This document shows, one piece after another, positions 18,500-27,024 of a stretch of DNA of 61,471 bases (its first letter is position 1; the number at the start of each line of letters is the position of its first letter). This DNA comes from an uncultured Lentisphaerales bacterium. GTDB lineage: Bacteria; Verrucomicrobiota; Lentisphaeria; JABSQK01; UBA12247. The stretch is taken from assembly GCA_943788985.1 (NCBI GenBank), contig CALSSJ010000014.1:1-61471 (forward strand), read 5' to 3'. A program made the translations under genes and the position numbers. The notes beneath the pieces were generated by a model. That model did no database searches and was not told the DNA's origin. It saw nothing but the letters and a program-made list of their open reading frames with translations.

Positions 18500-19531
18500 C
18501 TACTTGGCATTAAGCGTGGCGCGCGGGTAGCTCCCGAGCACGCGAAAAGACTGGCAGCAAGCCTGGAGATCTTCGAGGGCCTGCTTGCTGGCACCTGAGT
18601 CCGCGTGGCCTTCATAATCAATGAAGAAGCAGTATTGCCAGTTTCCGGTCTGCGGGCGACTCTGGATCATGGTGAGGTTGATCCCGTGCTGGCTAAATGG
18701 GCTGAGAGCCGTATGCAGTCCGCCGATACGGTCTCGCAGAACGATGACGACGGAGGTCTTATCGTCGCCGGTCGCGGCGGGTTGATCGCGACCGATGACG
18801 AGAAAGCGTGTGGTGTTGTCGGCCATGTCCTCGATGTTCTCTGCCCGTACGGGCAGGTGATAGAGCTCCGCTGCGAGGAGCCCGGCAATGGCCGCGGTGG
18901 TTGCGGACTGCGCAGCTTTCTCAGCGGCTCGCGTGGTGCTGGACACAGCGACGCAGTCGACGTGCGGCAGGTGTTGCTGGAGCCAGCCGCGGCACTGAGC
19001 TAAAGCCTGTGGATGGCTGCAGACGGTGGTGACCTCGGAGAGCTCGCAGTTGCTCAGTAGGCTGTGATGAATCGGCAGCAGGATTTCTCCGCAAATGCCG
19101 ACGTTCGCATTCTGGAACATGTCGAAGGTGTGGGTGACAGCGCCCTCCGTGGAGTTCTCGATGGGAACGACGCCATAGCACACATTCTGCTTTTCAACGC
19201 TGTGAAAGACCCCGGAGATCGTCTCTGCGGTCTCGCCGAGGCATTGTTCGCCAAAGGCGTTGAGCGCAGCTTGGTGGGTAAAAGAACCTGCGGGGCCGAG
19301 ATAGGCGACGGTGACCGGCGCGTGAGCGGCGAACTCATCGAGCACGATCTCGCGCCAGATCCCGTGGACCAACGGCGCCGGCAGGTCCGGCTCGGAGGTG
19401 GCCACAGCATCTGTGGTTCGGCGCACTCGTGCGGGCAGGTCGTCTGCAACTGGCGCGGAGGAGTCGCCAGCTAAAGAGCGCCGCTGCTTTAGCAAGGCGG
19501 CGATTTGGCGGTCTATGTCTCCGGCAGTCAT
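18500..19531 (-). CDS. pheA: Prephenate dehydratase with a divergent N-terminal chorismate-mutase-like domain
   Basis: VAYLGPAGSFTHQAA, VVPIENSTEG, SHPQALAQC, NTTRFLVIG, ACT domain; ATGA overlap with the argF stop. Confidence 0.93.
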   Translation of the reverse strand: MTAGDIDRQIAALLKQRRSLAGDSSAPVADDLPARVRRTTDAVATSEPDLPAPLVHGIWREIVLDEFAAHAPVTVAYLGPAGSFTHQAALNAFGEQCLGETAETISGVFHSVEKQNVCYGVVPIENSTEGAVTHTFDMFQNANVGICGEILLPIHHSLLSNCELSEVTTVCSHPQALAQCRGWLQQHLPHVDCVAVSSTTRAAEKAAQSATTAAIAGLLAAELYHLPVRAENIEDMADNTTRFLVIGRDQPAATGDDKTSVVIVLRDRIGGLHTALSPFSQHGINLTMIQSRPQTGNWQYCFFIDYEGHADSGASKQALEDLQACCQSFRVLGSYPRATLNAK

Positions 19532-20430
19532 GCCATCAACTTGGCCATAATGGCTTTCTGGGCGTGCAGGCGGTTTTCTGCTTGATCCCAAATGACTGAA
19601 TGGCAGCCGTCCAGTACGGAGCCGGTAATTTCTTCGCCACGATGCGCGGGTAAGCAGTGCATGATGCAGACGTTATCCGCGGCTGCGGCCACGGTCGCGT
19701 CGTTCACTTGGAACGGACCGAGTGCGGACAGGCGCTCGACCTTCTCTTCTTCGAACCCCATGCTCACCCAGACATCTGTGTAGAGCACGTGGGCACCAGA
19801 GGCTGCGGACTCCGCATCTTCGGTCAGTGTGACGGAGCCGTTTTGAGAGACCTCGGGCAAGCCGTTGAGATCCAGTTGATACGCAGCGGGGGCGCAGATG
19901 TGCAGGTCCAAGCCAGTCTGATAGGCAGCCAGTGCCCAAGTGCGCGCCATGTTGCTGGCTCCGTCTCCAAAGTAGGCAACCTTGCGACCTTCCAGCGTGC
20001 CGAAGGTCTCCTGCATGGTCAGCAGGTCGGCGATTAGCTGGCACGGGTGAAACTGATCGGTTAAGGCATTGATCACCGGGACGCTTGCGAACTTCGCAAA
20101 CTCCGTTAGGTCTTCGTGGGCGTGGGTCCGAATCACAACTCCTTGGACGTAGCGCGCGAGCACCTGGGCGGTGTCATGAATGGACTCGCCGCGGCCGATT
20201 TGTAGGTCCTTGGCTCCCAAGAACAGGGCATTGCCGCCGAGCTCGTGAATGCCCACCTCGAAAGACACGCGGGTGCGGGTCGAGGCCTTGGAGAAGATCA
20301 TGGCGATGGTCTTGCCAGCAAGGATGTCGCGGCCGCTGGTAGCGCGTGATTTCTTGAGTTCATGGGCGTGAGCCAGGATGTCGTGTAATTCCTGGGGGGA
20401 CAGGTCTGCCAGATTGGTCAGATCCTTCAT
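19528..20430 (-). CDS. argF: Ornithine carbamoyltransferase
   Basis: STRTRVSFE, HPCQ, YTDVWVSMG, HCLPAHRG, QAENR. Confidence 0.97.
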   Translation of the reverse strand: MKDLTNLADLSPQELHDILAHAHELKKSRATSGRDILAGKTIAMIFSKASTRTRVSFEVGIHELGGNALFLGAKDLQIGRGESIHDTAQVLARYVQGVVIRTHAHEDLTEFAKFASVPVINALTDQFHPCQLIADLLTMQETFGTLEGRKVAYFGDGASNMARTWALAAYQTGLDLHICAPAAYQLDLNGLPEVSQNGSVTLTEDAESAASGAHVLYTDVWVSMGFEEEKVERLSALGPFQVNDATVAAAADNVCIMHCLPAHRGEEITGSVLDGCHSVIWDQAENRLHAQKAIMAKLMA

Positions 20431-21611
20431 GCTTGGGCCTCCGCGAGAGAATCTGCGAGGATCGCAACGGCTTGATCAATCTCGCCGCTGGTCACCGTTA
20501 AAGGGGGAAGTAGACGCAACACGTTGGCCCCGGCGCTAAGCACCAAGAGACCGCGTTTTGCGGCTGCTGCGACCACGCTGCTGACGGCATGGTCGCACGG
20601 TAAGCCGATCAATAGGCCAAGGTGCCGGACGTCGTGCCAGCTGGGAGAATTGGCCGTTAATTGGGTAAGTTGCTCAGCAAGATACTGGGCAGCTTGGATG
20701 CAGTTCGCCAGAATGTTCTGGTCCCGGATAGTGTCGAGCACGGCTCCGGCTGCGGCGCAAGCTAGAGGGGTGCCGCCGAAGGTCGTAGCATGACTGCCGA
20801 CACCGAGCACATCGAGCCAGTCAGGGCGAACGCCAAAGCCACCGATCGGGTAGCCATTACCAAGGGCTTTGGCCAGGGAAAAGGCGTCTGGCTGGATGCC
20901 ATAGAGCTGGTGTGCGAACATCGCACCGCAGCGCCCGATCCCGGTCTGCACTTCATCACAGAGCAAAAGAATGCCGCATTTATCGCACAACTCGCGGAGA
21001 GCAGTGAGGTAGGCTTGGTCCGCGGGGTAGACGCCACCCTCTGCTTGCACCGGCTCGAGCAGTACGGCGGCAGTCTCGGGCGTGATGGCATCACGGACGG
21101 CTTGGAGGTCGTTGAAAGGCACGAAGGAAAAGCCAGTCATTGCCGGCTCGAAGCCTTCGCGAATTGCCGGCTTATCGGTGGCCGCCAGTGTCCCCAAGGT
21201 CCGACCGTGGAAGGAGTGCTGCATGGCAATGATCTGGTTCTTACCCTGCGGATTGCCCCACTTTCTGGCGAACTTGATGAGACCTTCGTTGGCCTCGGCA
21301 CCGCTGTTCGCGAAGAAGAACTTGTAGCCATTGCTCAGGGTCGAGAGGCGTTCTGCGAGCTCGGCCTGAGGCTGGTTGTAGAAGAGATTGGAGACATGCA
21401 CAAGTTGGGCTGCCTGTGCGGAGACCGCAGCAGTGACTGGCTCGGGACAATGGCCGAGGTTACAGACGCTGATTCCTGAGGTGAAATCCAAGTATTCCTT
21501 TCCGTCGGCATCCCACACGCGACTCCCGCTGCCTCGCACGAGCGCTATCTTCGGTGCGTAGACCGGGAGCACGTGAAGGTCGTAGAGATGCGAAATGGCT
21601 GCAGTGTTCAT
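20427..21611 (-). CDS. argD: Acetylornithine aminotransferase
   Basis: NSGAEANE, SFHGRT, DEVQTGIGRCG, LAKALGNG; lies in the arg cluster. Confidence 0.95.
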   Translation of the reverse strand: MNTAAISHLYDLHVLPVYAPKIALVRGSGSRVWDADGKEYLDFTSGISVCNLGHCPEPVTAAVSAQAAQLVHVSNLFYNQPQAELAERLSTLSNGYKFFFANSGAEANEGLIKFARKWGNPQGKNQIIAMQHSFHGRTLGTLAATDKPAIREGFEPAMTGFSFVPFNDLQAVRDAITPETAAVLLEPVQAEGGVYPADQAYLTALRELCDKCGILLLCDEVQTGIGRCGAMFAHQLYGIQPDAFSLAKALGNGYPIGGFGVRPDWLDVLGVGSHATTFGGTPLACAAAGAVLDTIRDQNILANCIQAAQYLAEQLTQLTANSPSWHDVRHLGLLIGLPCDHAVSSVVAAAAKRGLLVLSAGANVLRLLPPLTVTSGEIDQAVAILADSLAEAQA

Positions 21612-21674
21612 AGGGGAAACTCTTGGATTAAACTACGTGCGGCTCGGGGGGATAGATGCGCCGAGCGGGCTCTT

Positions 21675-22547
21675 TCATGTGCCAATGATCTGGGTGCCGA
21701 CGCCGTGATCGGTAAAGATCTCGAGCAGCAACGAATGCTGAAGGCGCCCGTCAATGAGATGGACCTTGCGGACGCCGGCGGAGATCGCTGCCGAGGCGCT
21801 GGCAATCTTCGGAGCCATGCCGCCGGAAATTACACCGTCGGCCACAAGCTGAGCGATTTCCTTGGTGTGTAATGTGGAGATGAGGCTGTCTGGATTCTTT
21901 GGATCCGCCAGCAGGCCGGGGACATCGGAGAGAAAGACCAGCTTGGCTGCCTGAAGTGCCTGGGCGACGCGGCAGGCGCACAGGTCGGCGTTGATGTTAA
22001 AGGGACGCTGCTGGTCATCGAGGCCAACCGGTGTGATGACGGGAAGTTCGTTGGCCGCGAGCAACTCACAGATTGGGCCGACATCCACACTGACGACATC
22101 CCCGACGAAGCCGAGATCGACCGGGGCACCAGCCTCATCGGTGTGAGAAAGCCTACGGGCACCCAGAATTTTCTTGCCGGAAAGGTCGCGCGCCCTGCCT
22201 CCGAGCTTGCGAACGCCGTCCACAAGCTTCTCGTTGACGTCGCTGTGCAAGACATCGTCGACCACGCCAATCGTGTCCTTACAGGTATACCGCATGCCAT
22301 TGATGAAGCGACTGGCAATGCCGAGCTGGCCCAGCCGGGTGCTGATGGCCTTTCCGCCACCGTGGACAATGACCGGTTTCATGCCTACGCATTCCATGAA
22401 GACGATGTCCCGCAGGGTGCTGGCCACGCAGTCTGGATCTTCCATAGCGCTACCACCAAATTTGACGACAACGGTGTCCCCGCGAAACCGCTGGATGTAC
22501 GGCAGAGCTTCAATCAGCACTGCGGCTTTGTCGATATATTTGCGCAT
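21675..22547 (-). CDS. argB: Acetylglutamate kinase
   Basis: LIEALPYI, VVKFGG, VHGGG, NINAD, GGMAPK, LLEIFT..GVGT. Confidence 0.97.
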   Translation of the reverse strand: MRKYIDKAAVLIEALPYIQRFRGDTVVVKFGGSAMEDPDCVASTLRDIVFMECVGMKPVIVHGGGKAISTRLGQLGIASRFINGMRYTCKDTIGVVDDVLHSDVNEKLVDGVRKLGGRARDLSGKKILGARRLSHTDEAGAPVDLGFVGDVVSVDVGPICELLAANELPVITPVGLDDQQRPFNINADLCACRVAQALQAAKLVFLSDVPGLLADPKNPDSLISTLHTKEIAQLVADGVISGGMAPKIASASAAISAGVRKVHLIDGRLQHSLLLEIFTDHGVGTQIIGT

Positions 22548-22653
22548 TTTGGCAGGAGTATCCGCGTAAGAAAAAACAGCTAACAAACCACTTTCGCTCG
22601 AGATGTCAAGAATCTCCGGGAGAAATGGTCATAGCCGGGGATTCGTTGAAAAC

Positions 22654-22686
22654 AAAAAACGCCGGGCTCGCAGTGCGAACCCGGCG
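22654..22686 (-). terminator. Intrinsic terminator of the Cys-rich repeat gene
   Basis: Minus strand CGCCGGGTTCGC-ACT-GCGAGCCCGGCG followed by TTTTTT. Confidence 0.85.
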
Positions 22687-22738
22687 CTGTGATCAGGGGC
22701 GAAGTCAGCGACTTCACCCCCGGATCAAGAGGCCACTG

Positions 22739-23191
22739 CTATTCCGCGGCGTCTTTGGCGCAGCAAGGCTTGGTGCAGCCTTCCGCGCAAGACTTTGCAG
22801 CCTTCTTGCCAGTGCAAGTGGCGGAGCAGGCAGCTTTCTTTGCTCCCTTGCAGCAGGAACCGTCCGTGCCACAGCACTTACCTGACTTTGCATGGGAACC
22901 GTCTTTCTTTGCTCCCTTGCAGCAGGAACCATCCGTGCCACAGCACTTACCTGACTTTGCATGGGAATGCTCTTTCTTTGCTCCCGCACAGCAGGAACCA
23001 TCCGTGCCACAGCACTTACCTGACTTTGCATGGGAATGCTCTTTCTTTGCTCCCTTGCAGCAGGAACCGTCCGTGCCACAGCACTTACCTGACTTTGCAT
23101 GGGAACCGTCTTTCTTGGAGTGTGAGCCGCCAGCGAAGCCAGGCATTGCCAGGCCGATAAGAATTGCGAGAATGAATGCGGTTTTGGTCAT
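22739..23191 (-). CDS. Secreted Cys/His/Lys-rich tandem-repeat protein (metallothionein-like composition)
   Basis: Signal peptide MTKTAFILAILIGLAMPGFA; four copies of KK(DG/EH)SHAKSGKCCGTDGSCC(K/A)GA; Cys-rich tail; AAGGA RBS and its own terminator. Confidence 0.85.
   Translation of the reverse strand: MTKTAFILAILIGLAMPGFAGGSHSKKDGSHAKSGKCCGTDGSCCKGAKKEHSHAKSGKCCGTDGSCCAGAKKEHSHAKSGKCCGTDGSCCKGAKKDGSHAKSGKCCGTDGSCCKGAKKAACSATCTGKKAAKSCAEGCTKPCCAKDAAE
22834..23116. repeat. Intragenic tandem repeat, 4 x 69 bp
   Basis: Units start at 22834, 22903, 22972 and 23041; nearly identical and frame-preserving. Confidence 0.95.
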
Positions 23192-23444
23192 GGGAGTGTC
23201 GTCCTTGTCGTGTTTGTCGTGTTTGTGCGCAGTCTCTGCGCGTGGTTGTGAATGGTGAAAAAGATGTGGCGGTGAACTTTGGCTAGCTTACCTAGACCCC
23301 GGCTGCGGGCCAGAGTTGCAGGTGTCGGATATCTGAAAACGAAATGTACATGTTGACCGGTTGGATGCAACCCGTCAGGATTAGGATGCACGGGGGCTGT
23401 AATTCTATGTCAAAACGTTGGAAGAGCGCAGGCTATTTGCCGGG

Positions 23445-26400
23445 TTAGTTACGAATAGCCCGGGCAATTATGTCCAGATTCTTGACCTTGTCATAGGTCG
23501 TGACGGCCCAGGCTGCATCTGCCGTTCGCACGGTGGATACTTCCCGCATTTCGCCACCGGACGCCAGCTGTACTTTGCGGATCCGAGTCGAAAATGGACC
23601 AATGCGCACCTCTACCTGGCGCAGGCGCTGGTCGCAGTCAAGCACGAGATTGTAGCTAGAGTCCTTGAGTTTCTCAAAGCTGTAGAAGTTAATGGGCAGA
23701 GCCTTCGCGTCCTCGAAGTCATGGCTGATCATCCAGTCGGATACTTCAACTTTGGTCCAGTCGTTGTCGTCCTTGGAGTTATCGATGGGGAGGCGTGGCT
23801 CGAGACGCAACAAGCGGACGTTGTGGTCATCGATCCCGGCCATGGCGCGCGCGATCTGCATGGCGCCCACAGCGGTCGGAATGTTGAGGTCGTCGCCACT
23901 TGGGCCTAGATTCACGCCCACGCTGCTGACGTTAAGGCGCTCCTCAAAGGTGAACGGGGAGATTTCGCACTCGGCCACGCGTTCGCCGCTCACACGAGGG
24001 ATGATGCCTTCGTCGTAGGTGTAGCGGATAAAGCCATGCAAGGCCTTTTTGGCCCACTCCCGATTATCCAGCATGAGTGCCGCCAGCGTGGTCCACAGGT
24101 GTAGATCAGTGCTTTTGTAGGTCATGACAGTGGAGTGATGCCACGACGCATTGGAGAAGACCAGCGAATTTGCCAGCATATGGTCGAAGGTCTTCTGCAT
24201 GGCCTGCAACTTGCGCTTGTCGTTGATGGTGAAGCCAGTGCGGTAGGTTCGGAAAGCTTCTCCGGAGAAGAGGTAAGGGGTGTCGAATACGCGGACGTCA
24301 CCGCTGTAGCAGACTGGAGATCCGTCTTCATACCAGCCATAGAGCCAGACATCCTGAGGGATTTCTGTGGTAATCGTCGCGATGGAGGGCAGCCCGTAGG
24401 CCGCGGGGTAGATGGTGGTGGAGTTGATATCTGTCCCGCCATCCTGAGCGGCGAAGTTGCGACGGATGTTCTTATCGAAGGTGTCTAAGCTGCGCCTCCA
24501 GGTCGTGGCCTGAATGCCGCGGTCCGAGTCATAGGCCATTTCGATGGCTGCGTTGATCGCCGCGCTGACAGCCGAGGCAACGGGGCGCGTGTAGCCTTCC
24601 AATTCTGGGTTCTCCGCACCGAATTCACCGCGGGCGTTCACGAGGCCAACGGGATGGGCTTCTGCTACCTTGATGATTTGGTTGATTGGGCTGGACACAC
24701 AGGGAGACCAGAGACGCGAGAGCATCTCCTTGGGGCGGCCATTCTTACGCCAGGCGTTGTAAACGCCGAGCACCAGCAAAGGCTGCGCAGCCGTTAACTC
24801 GAGATTTTGATGTGAAATGCGGCGGCCCATCAGGGGGGGAACATTCCCAACCATCTTCTTTGCTTCCGGCAAGCTCCCCCAGCTTGCAAGTTCGTTCAGC
24901 AGAAGTGCGTAATCTGTGGGACTGGCCTTCTCACTTACGCCGCCGGGCAGGCTGCGAAAGGCGTTGCCTTTGGCGTCAATCATGTAGTTGCGCATGAAAT
25001 AGAGCGAGGTGTAGAGTTGGCGGGTGAAGTGCTCTGCTTCGTCGGGGCCGGAGAACTTCATTTCTGGTTGGCCGAGGCCATAGCCAGTGGCGGTGTCTCC
25101 GCCCACTACTGCCAGGAAGTCGATTTCGAGGAGGCCGCCACGGCGAGAGGAATTCTCTATGCGGACCTCGCGGTCCAGCCTGTCGGTGAGCCAGATGCGA
25201 AAGACATAGGAGTGAGCCTTGCCATCTTGAGGGGGCTGGATCGGGGTGTCTGGTAAGAGCTCAGTTTGCGCATTGCTAACCCGTAGGACCGGAGGCTCAC
25301 CACCGTCATTTGTGACAACCACGCCCAGGAGTAGGAGGCGTCTGAAAAGTTGGCCTTCTCTTGCCTTGGGCACTTCATTCTTCTCCACAATCTTAGGTAA
25401 CGGCTGCAACTTCTTCTCGAGACTCCCCATGTTGGGGTCAAACTTCAGAACAAGTGGCTCGGCTACACCATCGAGGGTATCGCCACCCCCGAACAGGGCC
25501 CAAGGTACATCGCCACTTTTGCCACCGGGGACTTGGACGATCCGCTCACCCGGGAGGCGAAGTTTCTCCCGGAGATCTGAAGACGAAGCCATTGTAGGTG
25601 CCTGCGCTCCACAGGACCTTTCCCGCACCGGCCATGTAGGAGAAGGCACGGCGGCTGGACATTTGGTGCTTGAACACTTGGAGGTCGCGCACCGGGCGCT
25701 TCTCACGCCGGGTCAACAGTGTCGGCGCATAGACGATGCCGCTTCCAGCGCTGTACGTCAACTTTGCCGAATCCGAGCCGGGGGGCGTAAGAGATCTTGG
25801 AACTCAAGGTATACGCTCCCGCTGGTAAGCCTTTGAAGTCAACAGTGATCGGATGCGCCTGAAAATATTTTCCTGCCGGAAGCGCAATTTCTTGTTCCAG
25901 TCGCTTTAGGGCTTCCGCACCAGGCTTGCCGGCCACGGTGATGACTACCTTGGCTGGCGAGTCAGTGAGATTTCCTGCGTCTAACAGGAGCAATGCGGAA
26001 TGCTCACCGGTCACTATCGCAGAAGTGTGTACGGAACTCCCAGCGGCCTCCAGTGAACGAGATGCGTCCATCTTCTACACGGCCCTGCTTGCCGGCGGCG
26101 AAGAGCGCGAACTCATGGGGGCTTCTTGTCTTCTGCGTCGACGTCACGAAAATGAGCCTGGAGGAGCATGGAGCCGCTCCGTTGGGGGGCTGCGTCCCAG
26201 CCCGTAGTTTCCAGGAATAGGAGGATGGAGTAGCCATCCACAGTGGTCAGGAACTGGGTGACAGGGTCGCCGACTTCTTCGCATTGAGGCGCCCGCTCGC
26301 CGATGACCTCAGTTTCGGTGAACTGCTCAGCGGCTTCCGGGTAGAGCGCCAAGTCCCAGCTTCGCACCGTCTTGTCCGGACCACAGCTGGAATGATGGAA

Positions 26401-26720
26401 TTTCAGCAGGATGCCGATCACCAGCCGTATCGCGGAACTGATTGTCATTGTCGGTGATATCGATGCGAAAGAAGAGGCCTTCCGTCGCCCAACAGGCACG
26501 CACGGCTGCGCTGAAGTCAGCGACGCCGGTCCAGCCTTCTGCCTGAACGACCTGGCGAGGGCTGTCTACCTGGTAAACGGGTAGAGGAGAGAAGAGGTCA
26601 TGTTCGGTCGTCGTCTCCAGCATCGGGAGCGTCCATTTCCGGAGCAAGGAGCACGTTCGTATTGATTGTGGCCATAGGAGAAATATGGCAAGGGAAAAGA
26701 AAGGGCAAAAAACGATACAT
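23445..26720 (-). CDS. Large (about 1090 aa) probably exported carbohydrate-active-like protein split by several frameshifts: CBM9/DOMON-like N-terminus, helical C-terminal region
   Basis: Overlapping minus-strand ORFs join into one protein-like chain; W.G..DFSA.VRA.W..EGLFFRIDITD resembles CBM9-like domains; the last ~700 codons are open. Pseudogene versus sequencing error unresolved. Confidence 0.55.
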
Positions 26721-27024
26721 GGCAAACCTCGAAAAGCTGGTGGGATGACAAACACGGCTGTGGTAACCTATCGTCCTCCTGCGGGTATTCAATGGACCGC
26801 TGCAGTCTCGGGACGTTCCCTTTCGCTTATGGAAAATTTCGATACGGGCAAATTCCCTGGCGGCTGCGTTGCGCCGAATGCGGCCACCCATACGATTACA
26901 TACTCGCTTCGATGCAGCCAAGAGCCACTGCGCGCCGTGATTAACCCCGCTACCCCGGCAGAATTTGTAACTGAGACGCCGATTCAGGCTCCCAGCTGTG
27001 ACACGCACACCCTCTGAGATTTCG

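Noticed and set aside
22834..23116. 69-bp repeat array as a possible CRISPR
   Set aside because: Units are contiguous with no unique spacers and preserve a coding frame.
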